Under the pieces are notes generated by a model. The model was not told the origin of the DNA. It was given only the letters and a program-made list of their open reading frames with translations, and did not search any database. A program made the translations under genes and the position numbers. Below, in pieces: positions 10,740-19,490 of a DNA stretch of 32,000 nucleotides. Position 1 is the stretch's first letter. Each line of letters opens with the position of its first letter. This DNA is from Halorhodospira halophila SL1 (GTDB lineage: Bacteria; Pseudomonadota; Gammaproteobacteria; Nitrococcales; Halorhodospiraceae): positions 2,010,001 to 2,042,000 of the forward strand of contig NC_008789.1 of the NCBI RefSeq assembly GCF_000015585.1. The letters are read 5' to 3'.

Positions 10740-10750
10740 TATGCAACCTG

Positions 10751-11722
10751 TTACGCTGTCCGGGATATCGAGTTGCGCGCCAAGTGTACCAGCGCATCTC
10801 GCCAGGGGCTACCCGGAACCGCCGAGGTAAGCTGCTCGACGGCCTGCTCAACCTCAACCTCAGCGAGGCGCCTAGTATATTCAGCCGACCCGGTCTTTTC
10901 AATCGCCCGACCGACGGCTTCCATCTGATCCAGCCCACCGGCCTCAATGGCCTGGCGAATCAGGTCGCGATCGGCGGGCTCACCCTCACGCATGGCGTGG
11001 ATCAGCGGCATGGTGGTCTTGCCCTCGGCCAGATCGTCGCCGATATTCTTGCCGATCTCGCTGGCATCGCCACTGTAATCGAGGGCATCGTCCACCAGCT
11101 GGTACGCCGTACCCAGATGCCGCCCGTAGGCCGCCAGCGCTTCGCAGCCGGCGTCGTCCAGCCCGGCGAGCACGGCTCCGTTCTGGCACCCCGCCTCGAA
11201 GAGGGTCGCCGTCTTGCGGTAGATCACCTGGCGGTAATCCGCCTCGGTCAGGTCCGGCTCGTGGACGTTCATCAGCTGCATCACCTCACCCCGAGCGATG
11301 GTGTTGGTCGCCCGCGCCAGAATCCGCAGCACGGCCATCGAGTCGAGCTCGACCATCATCTCGAAGGCGCGAGTGTAGAGGAAGTCGCCGACCAGGACGC
11401 TGGCCTCGTTCCCCCAGATGGTGTGCGCCGTCTGCTTGCCGCGGCGCATGTCCGAGCCGTCCACCACGTCGTCATGGAGCAGCGTCGCAGTGTGGATGAA
11501 CTCGATGATCGCCGCCAGCTGGACGTGATCCTTACCTTGGTACCCGCACGCCCGCGCCGCCAGGAGCACAACCATGGGGCGCAGCCGCTTACCGCCACTA
11601 TGGACGATGTGGTAGGCGAGCTGATTGATCAGCACCACGTCGGAGGAAAGCCGCTCCTCGATCAGGCGGTTGACCTCCGCCATGTCGTCAGCGGCGAGCT
11701 CACGGATTGCGTCAAGGTTCAT
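10751..11722 (-). CDS. ispB: Octaprenyl-diphosphate synthase (polyprenyl synthetase)
   Basis: It carries the first DDxxD motif (ATLLHDDVVDGSDMRRGK) and the second (YQLVDDALDYSGD). Its overall IspB-like sequence neighbours rplU, as in many proteobacteria. Confidence 0.94.
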   Translation of the reverse strand: MNLDAIRELAADDMAEVNRLIEERLSSDVVLINQLAYHIVHSGGKRLRPMVVLLAARACGYQGKDHVQLAAIIEFIHTATLLHDDVVDGSDMRRGKQTAHTIWGNEASVLVGDFLYTRAFEMMVELDSMAVLRILARATNTIARGEVMQLMNVHEPDLTEADYRQVIYRKTATLFEAGCQNGAVLAGLDDAGCEALAAYGRHLGTAYQLVDDALDYSGDASEIGKNIGDDLAEGKTTMPLIHAMREGEPADRDLIRQAIEAGGLDQMEAVGRAIEKTGSAEYTRRLAEVEVEQAVEQLTSAVPGSPWRDALVHLARNSISRTA

Positions 11723-11780
11723 GGGCAGGATCTGCGCTCCGGGTCAGCCCCGCGGATGCTAGGCAGGGGGGCCGAGGGTG

Positions 11781-12284
11781 TCAAGCACGGCCTCCCCGGC
11801 CGCGGCGGCCACTGCGCCAGATCGACACCACCAGCAGCAGGGCCAGCAGCGGCGCCGTATAGACGGCCACCAGGGCGGCAGTGGCCCCCAGCTGTGGCAG
11901 CGGGTCAGGAATGGGGCCCACCCCCAGCAGGCTGTAGGCGGTAACCCGATCGAGCCAGTGGCTGATCTCCGCTGCGCTGAGCGCCTGTTCGCCCAGCCCC
12001 GCTGTGGGCAGGCCGTAGCGTCCGCCAACAAAGGCGTAGACCAACGCCGGCATCGCCCAGAACACCCAGGCCAGGAAGGCGCGAACCGCTGTCACCCGGG
12101 CTAGCCAGGGCCGTTGCCAGGCGACGTGGACGGCCACGACGCCGATCAGAGCGAACCCGGACCAGACCGGCCACCAGGCGGGCCAGGCAGCGGCAATAGG
12201 CGCCGAAACCATGGGCCCGAGCACGACGGTGACCACGGCTAGAATCCCGACCACAGCCAGGACGGGTAGCGTCGCCCGATGCAT
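11781..12284 (-). CDS. Hypothetical integral membrane protein (about 167 aa, 4-5 TM helices)
   Basis: I could not recognise a family. I chose the ATG at 12284 because a perfect SD (TAAGGAGG) lies 6 nt upstream. Track ORF 11781..12308 begins at an upstream TTG. Confidence 0.55.
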   Translation of the reverse strand: MHRATLPVLAVVGILAVVTVVLGPMVSAPIAAAWPAWWPVWSGFALIGVVAVHVAWQRPWLARVTAVRAFLAWVFWAMPALVYAFVGGRYGLPTAGLGEQALSAAEISHWLDRVTAYSLLGVGPIPDPLPQLGATAALVAVYTAPLLALLLVVSIWRSGRRGRGGRA

Positions 12285-12400
12285 GCACGCCTCCTTAGAA
12301 CCCCGCAACGCGTCGACGCGGCGGGATACGTCGGTGGTTGTTAGGCTAGGGCGCTTTCGCGCCAGCCCGTTAGCCTACCGCAAAGCAGGAGCCGACAGCG

Positions 12401-14032
12401 ATGTTCAACGTAGCGACCCGCGGTTTCTTCAGAGGCATGAGCCCCCGGGTGACCGCCATCTCGACCTTCCTGGTAGCGGCTTTCGCCCTGGCCGGAGCCA
12501 TCTGGCCGAAACACCTGGAGGCGGTCGTCACCGGGTGGCGCGAATCGCTGACCCCGTTCCTGCAGTGGTACTACGTGCTGGTGGTGGCCGCCTTCCTGCT
12601 ACTGGTGATCTGGCTGGGCACGGGGCGGTTCAAGAATGTGCGTCTGGGCCAGGATCACGAGGTGCCGGAGTTCCGTACCTTCTCCTGGCTGACCATGCTG
12701 TTTGCCGCAGGCATGGGGGTGGGCCTGATCTTCTGGGCCGTCGCCGAACCCATCTCCCACTTCGACAGCAACCCGTTCACAGTCTCCGGCGACACCACCG
12801 AAGCCGCCGACACGGCGCTGCGCCTGGCCTACTTTCACTGGGGCCTCAACGGCTGGGCCGTCTTCTCCCTGGTGGCGCTGATCCTCGCCTACTTCAGCTT
12901 CCGCCGCGGCCTGCCGCTGACCATGCGCTCGGCCTTCTACCCGCTGATCGGTAAGCACATCCACGGGCCTTGGGGCGATGCCGTGGACATCCTGGCGGTG
13001 CTGGCCACCGTCTTCGGCATCGCCACCACCCTGGGGCTCGGCATCCAGCAGCTGAACACCGGCATCGGCGAACTTACCGGGATCACGGCGGGCACCACCG
13101 GCCAAATCGCCATCGCTATCACCGTGATGGGGATCGCCACCATCTCGGTGCTCTACGGCGTGCAGTCCGGGGTCCGCCTGATCAGCGAGGCCAACTTCTG
13201 GATGAGCGCGGCAGTGCTGCTCTTCTTCCTGCTCTGGGGCCCCACCCAGTACCTGCTGGCGCTGATCGTGCAATCCACCGGCGACTACCTGCAGAACCTG
13301 TTTACCCTCTCGTTCCACACCCATGCCAACGCCCTTGGCGACTGGCAGGCGGAATGGACCCTCTTCTACTGGGGGTGGTGGCTGGCCTGGGCCCCCTTCG
13401 TCGGGATCTTCATCGCCCGCATCTCGCGGGGGCGCAAGCTGCGCGAGTTCGTCATGGGCGTGCTGCTGGTGCCCACCGGCATCACCATCGTCTGGATCGG
13501 GCTATTCGGCGGCAACGCCATCCACATCGAGCTCTTCGGCCCCGGCGGGGTCGTCGACGCCACCCGCGAGGAGGTCAGCACCGCGGTCTTCCGAACCATC
13601 GAGTTGATGGACGTCGGCATCTGGGCCACGGCGGCCTCGATCCTCGTCACCGTGCTCATAGCCACCTATCTGATCACTTCCGCCAACGCCGGCATCCTGG
13701 TCACCCAGACCCTGCTGTCCAACGGTTCGACGGAGATCTCCCGGCTGCACACCGTGATTTGGGGGACCGTCATCACCCTGGTGACCATCGTGCTGCTGAC
13801 CGCCGGGGGCCTGACTACCCTCCAGGGTGCGGTGATCGCCGCGGCAGTGCCCTTCTCCTTCATCATCATCGGCATGGTGGTGGGACTGCTCAAGGCCCTG
13901 GAGCAGGAGGCCTTCGCCCCGCGGCCGGGCGAGCGCAGCGGCGCACCCATGGAGCCCTGGGCCCAGGTCGAGTCGGACTGGCACACCAGCGAAACCCACA
14001 CCGACACGGCCACCGACCGGACGGAGGACTGA
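12401..14032 (+). CDS. BCCT-family (betaine/carnitine/choline) osmolyte transporter
   Basis: 543-aa polytopic protein. FSWLTMLFAAGMGVGLIFWAVAEPISHF and WTLFYWGWWLAWAPFVGIFIARISRGR are hallmark BCCT motifs. An SD AGGAG lies 9 nt upstream. Confidence 0.93.
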   Translation: MFNVATRGFFRGMSPRVTAISTFLVAAFALAGAIWPKHLEAVVTGWRESLTPFLQWYYVLVVAAFLLLVIWLGTGRFKNVRLGQDHEVPEFRTFSWLTMLFAAGMGVGLIFWAVAEPISHFDSNPFTVSGDTTEAADTALRLAYFHWGLNGWAVFSLVALILAYFSFRRGLPLTMRSAFYPLIGKHIHGPWGDAVDILAVLATVFGIATTLGLGIQQLNTGIGELTGITAGTTGQIAIAITVMGIATISVLYGVQSGVRLISEANFWMSAAVLLFFLLWGPTQYLLALIVQSTGDYLQNLFTLSFHTHANALGDWQAEWTLFYWGWWLAWAPFVGIFIARISRGRKLREFVMGVLLVPTGITIVWIGLFGGNAIHIELFGPGGVVDATREEVSTAVFRTIELMDVGIWATAASILVTVLIATYLITSANAGILVTQTLLSNGSTEISRLHTVIWGTVITLVTIVLLTAGGLTTLQGAVIAAAVPFSFIIIGMVVGLLKALEQEAFAPRPGERSGAPMEPWAQVESDWHTSETHTDTATDRTED

Positions 14033-14042
14033 TCCGCGACTG

Positions 14043-14066
14043 GCGCCGCGCCGGCCGGCGCGGCGC
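14043..14066. terminator. 24-nt perfect GC-only palindrome between convergent genes (candidate bidirectional terminator hairpin)
   Basis: GCGCCGCGCCGGCCGGCGCGGCGC is its own reverse complement, checked base by base. It lies between the BCCT stop (14032) and the DUF3422 stop (14066-14068) and has no U-tract. Confidence 0.5.
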
Positions 14067-15421
14067 TACCCCTCCTGGCGCTTGGCGATGCGGTAGCGCA
14101 CCAAGCGCACCACCAACCAGATGGTGAAGACCACCACCGGCACCGCCAGGCCCTGGGTGATCTCCACGCGGACGGGCGCGCCGGCGTCCCGCGCCGCCTG
14201 CAACACATAGCTGATCAGGCCCATCAGGTAGTAACTGATGGCCGCCACGGAGAGCCCCTCGACGGTCTCCTGCAAGCGAAACTGCAGCTTAGCGCGGCGA
14301 TCCATGGAGTCGAGCAGATCCCGGTTCTGCGCCTCCAGGGCGACGTCGATCCGGGTGCGCAGTAGGTCGCCGGTGCGCGAGATGCGCTCGGAGAGCGACC
14401 CTCGCCGCTCGGCCACCGTATCGCAGGTACGCATGGCCGGAACCAGGCGGCGCTCCATAAACTCCTGGATGGTCTGCACCCCCTGGATACGCTGCTCGCG
14501 CAGCTCCTGAATGCGCCGCTCGACCAGCTCGTGGTAGGCGCGCGCGGCGTGAAACCGGTAGTTGGTGTTGTTGCCGATACGCTCAACCTGCGCGGCCAGC
14601 TCCATCAGCTGGCTGAGCAGGTTCTGCTCGTCACGCTCCCGGGTTGAACCGGTCATGCGCTCGGTAATGCTCGCGAGCTGCTCCTCGAGCTCATTGAGCT
14701 GCGGGTTGAGGCGTCGCGCCACGGGAAAGGCGAGCAGCGCCATCATGCGATAGGTCTCGATCTCCAGCAGGCGCTGGATGGCACGGCCCGCCTGGCGCTC
14801 GCGCATGTTCACATCGCGCAGAAGGATGCGCGAGAAACCGTCTTCGTGGATTCGGAAGTCGGTCCAGACCCGCGCTGCGCCGCCGGCGATCTGGCTGCCG
14901 ACGATGGTGTTGTCGTTGAACAGCGCCACGATCCCGCTGCTGGTCCGTGGCTGCGACCAGGACGGTTCCAGGGCGAGGTGGATACCCACCAGCCGCGGCC
15001 CGGGCAGACTGGCCAGCCAATCCTCGGGCACCCGCTCGATCGGCGGCCCTTCGAAGGGGTGCTCGAAGTCGTCTTCGACGATGAAGGTGTAGGTCGAGAC
15101 CTCGGTGCGCCGCTCCCACTTCAGTCGGAAGGGCCCGAAGTCGCGGGACATGTGCTGGGCATCCGGCTCCGGCGGCTCCACCCCGAAGCGCTCGCAGAGA
15201 TCGGCCACTGCCGCCCGATCGGCATCGGCGGAGTGGCGCCCGGAGAACATCCCCAGGTGGCTGACCCGCGCCGGCGCCCGCAGCCGCTCGTAGGGACGGG
15301 CGTGGATCTCGTCGTTGACCTCCAGGCGCAGGGGGTGATCGTTATACGCGCCCAGGACGGGCTCACTGGCCTGATGCCTTTCCGTTACGTTCAGGGTCAT
15401 GCTGGCTGGCTTTCTCTGCAT
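14066..15421 (-). CDS. DUF3422-family protein (unknown function; two C-terminal TM helices)
   Basis: The N-terminal HPLRLEVNDEIHARPYERLRAPARVSHLGMF matches my recollection of the DUF3422 signature. A long helical region is followed by two TM helices (LSVAAISYYLMGLISYVL ... LAVPVVVFTIWLVVRLV). An alternative start is the ATG at 15400. Confidence 0.72.
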   Translation of the reverse strand: MQRKPASMTLNVTERHQASEPVLGAYNDHPLRLEVNDEIHARPYERLRAPARVSHLGMFSGRHSADADRAAVADLCERFGVEPPEPDAQHMSRDFGPFRLKWERRTEVSTYTFIVEDDFEHPFEGPPIERVPEDWLASLPGPRLVGIHLALEPSWSQPRTSSGIVALFNDNTIVGSQIAGGAARVWTDFRIHEDGFSRILLRDVNMRERQAGRAIQRLLEIETYRMMALLAFPVARRLNPQLNELEEQLASITERMTGSTRERDEQNLLSQLMELAAQVERIGNNTNYRFHAARAYHELVERRIQELREQRIQGVQTIQEFMERRLVPAMRTCDTVAERRGSLSERISRTGDLLRTRIDVALEAQNRDLLDSMDRRAKLQFRLQETVEGLSVAAISYYLMGLISYVLQAARDAGAPVRVEITQGLAVPVVVFTIWLVVRLVRYRIAKRQEG

Positions 15422-15498
15422 CGGGCGGGCGACCCCGGGTTGAACCGGGCAGCCGCAAGGGTATGTTATTGTGCCGGGCCCTTGCCAGGGGGAACAGC

Positions 15499-16035
15499 AT
15501 GCGGGAGCTCATCCTGGGCGGCGTCCGGTCGGGCAAGAGCCGTCATGCCGAACAGCGTGCCAGCGCGCTCAGCGACGACGTCGTCTATATCGCCACGGCC
15601 CAGTCCCGGGACGACCGGGGCATGGCGGAGCGCATCGCCGCGCACCGCGCCCGTCGCCCGGCGCACTGGCGAACGGTTGAGGCCCCGTTGGACCTGGCCG
15701 AGGCCATCCATGCGCACGACGCCTCCGGGCGTGTGCTCTTGGTCGACTGCCTCACCTTGTGGCTGACCAATCGACTCGTGGCCGAGGACCAGGCGGCCGG
15801 CCCGCCCCCCTCCCACGAAACGCTCGAACAGGCCCGGAGCGATCTGGTCGGCGCTGTTTCGGCAGCGCACGGGCACCTGCTTCTGGTCAGCAATGAAACC
15901 GGCCTGGGCGTCATGCCGATGAATGCCCTGGCGCGGCGCTTTTGCGACGAGGCCGGAGCGCTGCACCAACAGATGGCCGAATGCTGCGAGCGAGTGACCT
16001 GGACTGTCGCCGGTCTCGCACAGCCCTTGAAATGA
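15499..16035 (+). CDS. cobU: Adenosylcobinamide kinase / adenosylcobinamide-phosphate guanylyltransferase
   Basis: MRELILGGVRSGKSRHAE (P-loop) ...YIATA...LLVDCLTLWLTN...LVSNETGLGVMP is typical CobU/CobP. The ATG at 15499 has an SD AGGGGGA upstream. The track ORF begins 36 nt earlier. Confidence 0.92.
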   Translation: MRELILGGVRSGKSRHAEQRASALSDDVVYIATAQSRDDRGMAERIAAHRARRPAHWRTVEAPLDLAEAIHAHDASGRVLLVDCLTLWLTNRLVAEDQAAGPPPSHETLEQARSDLVGAVSAAHGHLLLVSNETGLGVMPMNALARRFCDEAGALHQQMAECCERVTWTVAGLAQPLK

Positions 16036-16089
16036 AGTCGTCCCCCGCGACGGGCTGACGCCGCACAACAGGGAATGAGGAGCACAATC

Positions 16090-17172
16090 GTGAACCAACC
16101 GGAGTGGCTCGACGAATCGATCCCAGAAGCCCATCCGCAATACGCCGAGCAAGCCCAGGCGCGCCAGGATCAACTAACTAAGCCGCCGGGATCGCTCGGC
16201 CGGCTGGAAGAGATCGCGATCCAGCTCGCCGGGCTGCAGCAGACCGCGCACCCGGTCGTCGACCCCGTCCAGATCACGCTGTTCGCCGGCGATCACGGCA
16301 TCGCCAAGGACGGCGTCTCAGCCTTCGACCCGGTGGTGACCCTGCAGATGATGGAGAACTTCTCCAACGGCGGCGCCGCCATCTGTGTCATGAGTGAGGA
16401 GATCGGCGCCGAACTCGAGGTCGTCGACGTCGGCACCCGCTGGCAGGGTGCCGTGCCCCGCGCCGTGCGCGACGAGCGCATCGCCCCCGGCACTGCCAAC
16501 ATGCGCCGGCAGCCGGCGATGACCGATGAGCAGTTCGGCGCGGCCCTCACCTCCGGCGCGCGGGCCGTCGACCGAGCCATCGAGAAGAATGGCACCCGGG
16601 TCTTCATCGCCGGCGAGATGGGTATAGCCAACACCACCGCCGCTGCCGCGGTGGTCGGCGCCCTGCTCAACAAGGCAGCACCGGGACTGGTCGGGCCGGG
16701 TACCGGCCACGACGCGTCCGGGGTGCGCCGCAAGGCCCAGGCTGTGGATGACACCCTGGCCCTGCACCGCGACCAACTCGGCGGCGCCGCCGCCCTGGCC
16801 GCTCCCTGGGAGGCCGGCCGGCGCGTCGGTGGCCTGGAACTGGCCGCTATGACCGGGGCCTACATCCGCTGCGCCCAGCGCGGCGTGGTGATCGTCCTCG
16901 ACGGCTTCATCAGCGGCGCGGCCGCCCTGCTGGCCGAGCGGCTCCGCCCGGGCTGCCGCGGCTGGATGATCCTCGGCCACAACTCGGCTGAGCCCGGGCA
17001 TCACCGCATCGTCGCAGCCCTTGGCGGGCGCCCCCTGCTCGAGTTCAACATGCGCCTGGGTGAAGGCAGCGGCGCCGCAACCGCAGTGCCGCTGATGCGC
17101 ATGGCCTGCGCCATCCATAACCGCATGGCCACCTTCGCGGAGGCCGGCGTCACCCCGGAGGGCCAAGGGTGA
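16090..17172 (+). CDS. cobT: Nicotinate-nucleotide--dimethylbenzimidazole phosphoribosyltransferase
   Basis: LTKPPGSLGRLEEIAIQLAGLQ...FAGDHGIAKDGVSAF...MGIANTTAAAA...LGEGSGAA is typical CobT. The GTG at 16090 has an SD AGGAG 7 nt upstream. The in-frame ATG at 16075 is the alternative start. Confidence 0.93.
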   Translation: MNQPEWLDESIPEAHPQYAEQAQARQDQLTKPPGSLGRLEEIAIQLAGLQQTAHPVVDPVQITLFAGDHGIAKDGVSAFDPVVTLQMMENFSNGGAAICVMSEEIGAELEVVDVGTRWQGAVPRAVRDERIAPGTANMRRQPAMTDEQFGAALTSGARAVDRAIEKNGTRVFIAGEMGIANTTAAAAVVGALLNKAAPGLVGPGTGHDASGVRRKAQAVDDTLALHRDQLGGAAALAAPWEAGRRVGGLELAAMTGAYIRCAQRGVVIVLDGFISGAAALLAERLRPGCRGWMILGHNSAEPGHHRIVAALGGRPLLEFNMRLGEGSGAATAVPLMRMACAIHNRMATFAEAGVTPEGQG

Positions 17173-17798
17173 GACCCCCCATCGAAGGCCAAGAGACCTG
17201 GATCGACCTGATCCGCCACGGCGAACCGGAGGGGGGCCGCCGCTACCGGGGCACCCAGGACGACCCGCTCAGTGAGCGCGGTTGGGCGCAGATGCGCGCC
17301 GCCCCGCTGGAGCCCGGATCGCTGACCCGGGTGGTCTGCTCACCGCTGCGCCGCTGCCGCGAGTTCGCCGAGCATTACGCCGCCGAGCAGGGCCTGGCGC
17401 TGCAGGTCGAGGAGGGCTTCCGCGAGATCGGCTTCGGCGACTGGGAAGGCCTGACCCCGGCCGAGCTCTACGAGCAGGATCCCCAGGGGCAGGCCCGCTT
17501 CTGGGCCGACCCAATGAACTACACCCCCCCCAACGCCGAGCCCATGGCGGACTTCCAGCGCCGGGTCACCGAGGCCTGGCAGCGGGTGCTGGTGGAACAC
17601 CCCGGTGAGCACCTGCTGCTGGTCGGGCACGGCGGGCTGATCCGTGTGGTGCTCTCGCACTTGCTGGAGCTGCCGCTGCGCGGTTTCAACCGCCTGTACG
17701 TCCCGTACGCCTCGGTCAGCCGGGTGCGCGTCGAGCCCGGCACCGAGCCGACCCTCTACTTCCACAACCGCGCAACCTCAGCGGAGGGTGAGCGATGA
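17169..17798 (+). CDS. cobC: Alpha-ribazole phosphatase (histidine phosphatase family)
   Basis: The RHG catalytic motif (WIDLIRHGEPEGG) is present, along with GFGDWEGL and a later VGHGGLIRV. The start (GTGA) and the stop (ATGA) each overlap a neighbouring cob gene by 4 nt. Confidence 0.85.
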   Translation: MRPPIEGQETWIDLIRHGEPEGGRRYRGTQDDPLSERGWAQMRAAPLEPGSLTRVVCSPLRRCREFAEHYAAEQGLALQVEEGFREIGFGDWEGLTPAELYEQDPQGQARFWADPMNYTPPNAEPMADFQRRVTEAWQRVLVEHPGEHLLLVGHGGLIRVVLSHLLELPLRGFNRLYVPYASVSRVRVEPGTEPTLYFHNRATSAEGER

Positions 17799-18547
17799 CC
17801 GCCTTGCGACCGCTGCTGATCGCCATCACCTTTCTCACGCGCCTGCCAGTGCCCTCGCTCGGCCGTATCGACGACGAACAGACCGGTGCCTCGCTGGTCG
17901 CCTACCCGCTGGTCGGCGCGATCATCGGCACGCTGCTCATCCTGGTGGCCTTCGCCACCAGCCCCCTGCCCGCGCTGCTCACCGCTGCCCTGGTGGTGGT
18001 GCTCTGGGCGTCGCTCACCGGGGCCCTGCACCTGGACGGCCTGGCGGATACCGCAGACGCCTGGGTTGGCGGGCTGGGGCAGCGCGAGCGCACCCTGGAG
18101 ATCATGAAGGATCCCTCCTGCGGACCGATCGGGGTCACCGCGATCATCGCCGTGCTGTTGCTCAAAGTGGCCGCGGTAGCGGCCCTGCTCGATGCCGGCA
18201 GCGTGCTGGCCATCGCCACGGCAGCGGTGGTCGGCCGCGCCGGACTGACCCTACTCTTCCTGACCACCCCTTACGTCCGGCCCGGCGGCATCGGCGAGGC
18301 CCTGTCGCACTTCGGGCCGCCGGGGGCCTCACTGGGCAGCGCGGCAGTGGTCACCGCCCTGGCCGCCCTGCTCACCGGCTGGGCCGGGCTGGCCGCCGTA
18401 GCCGCCGGAGCCGTGACCCTGGTCCTGGCACAGCACGCCATGTCACGGCGGATCGGGGGGACCACCGGCGACACCGCCGGCGCCACCGTCGAGCTCACCG
18501 AGACCGCAGCACTGCTCGGTGCCGCCGCCGTCGCGGCGAGCCTCTAG
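17795..18547 (+). CDS. cobS: Adenosylcobinamide-GDP ribazoletransferase (cobalamin synthase)
   Basis: This polytopic membrane protein has LIAITFLTRLPVP...LHLDGLADTADAW...MKDPSCGPIGV, typical of CobS. Confidence 0.92.
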   Translation: MTALRPLLIAITFLTRLPVPSLGRIDDEQTGASLVAYPLVGAIIGTLLILVAFATSPLPALLTAALVVVLWASLTGALHLDGLADTADAWVGGLGQRERTLEIMKDPSCGPIGVTAIIAVLLLKVAAVAALLDAGSVLAIATAAVVGRAGLTLLFLTTPYVRPGGIGEALSHFGPPGASLGSAAVVTALAALLTGWAGLAAVAAGAVTLVLAQHAMSRRIGGTTGDTAGATVELTETAALLGAAAVAASL

Positions 18548-18556
18548 GTCGGCGCC

Positions 18557-19483
18557 GTGCCCTTCCCGGCCCTGCTGATCGGCGCATGGCTCCTCGACCG
18601 GGTCCTGGGCGAGCCGCGTGCCGGTCATCCGCTGAACGGCTTCGCCCGGATTGCCGGCTGGCTGGAGCGGCTGCTCAACCGTAATAACCTGCCCGCAGCA
18701 GAACGTCGCAAGGCCGGCATGCTGGCGGTGGGCATCCTCGTCGGCCCGGCGGTGCTCCTCACCACCCTGTTCACCCTAGGCCCCTTGGGCTGGGTGGTGG
18801 AGCTGGGCCTGCTCTACCTCTGCCTGGGCGGTCGCAGCCTGCGCGAGCACGCCCTGGGGGTGGCCCAACCGCTGGCCCGGGGCGACCTGGCCGGAGCCCG
18901 GGCGGCGGTGGCCCGGATCGTCAGCCGGGATGCCCAGGCCATGGACGCCGAAGACACCGCCCGCGCCACCACCGAATCGACGCTGGAGAACGGCAACGAC
19001 GCGGTCTTTGCCACCCTCTTCTGGTTCCTGGTTGCCGGCGCACCGGGGGCGGTAGCACACCGCCTGGTCAACACCCTGGATGCACTGTGGGGCTACCGGA
19101 CGCCGCGCTTCACCGACTTCGGTTACGCCGCCGCGCGCCTGGACGACCTGCTGGGGTGGATCCCGGCACGGCTGACCGCGCTCACCTACGCGCTGGCAGG
19201 CCTGCGCCCGCAAGCCGTCTGGTCGGCGGTGCGGGCACAGGCCCCGCAGTGGCCGGGCAGCAACCCCGGAGTGGTCCTGGCCGCCGGGGCCGCCGCCCTG
19301 GATACCACGCTGGGCGGTCCGGCCGTCTACACTGAAGGCGTCCGCCATCGCCCCACCTTGGGCACGGGCCAACCGGCCGACGCGGACACCATCGAGCGCT
19401 CCGTGGCCCTTGTGGAGCGGGGTGTCCTGATCTGGATCGCCGCGGCCATCGCCCTCTGGGCGCCGTCGCCGCTGATACCGTAG
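18557..19483 (+). CDS. cbiB: Adenosylcobinamide-phosphate synthase
   Basis: A GTG start gives LLDRVLGEPRAGHPLNGFARIAGWLE...ESTLENGNDAVFATLFWF...NTLDALWGYR, typical of CbiB/CobD membrane proteins. Confidence 0.9.
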   Translation: MPFPALLIGAWLLDRVLGEPRAGHPLNGFARIAGWLERLLNRNNLPAAERRKAGMLAVGILVGPAVLLTTLFTLGPLGWVVELGLLYLCLGGRSLREHALGVAQPLARGDLAGARAAVARIVSRDAQAMDAEDTARATTESTLENGNDAVFATLFWFLVAGAPGAVAHRLVNTLDALWGYRTPRFTDFGYAAARLDDLLGWIPARLTALTYALAGLRPQAVWSAVRAQAPQWPGSNPGVVLAAGAAALDTTLGGPAVYTEGVRHRPTLGTGQPADADTIERSVALVERGVLIWIAAAIALWAPSPLIP

Positions 19484-19490
19484 ACGCATC

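Noticed and set aside
10712-11944. 410-aa ORF antisense to ispB that also overlaps the tRNA
   Set aside because: ispB carries both DDxxD motifs on the opposite strand. The candidate also runs through a tRNA gene, so I consider it spurious.
15422-15498. Possible cobalamin riboswitch upstream of cobU
   Set aside because: The spacer is under 100 nt, whereas B12 riboswitches need roughly 150-200 nt. I could find no B12-box-like sequence. A covariance-model scan would settle the question.
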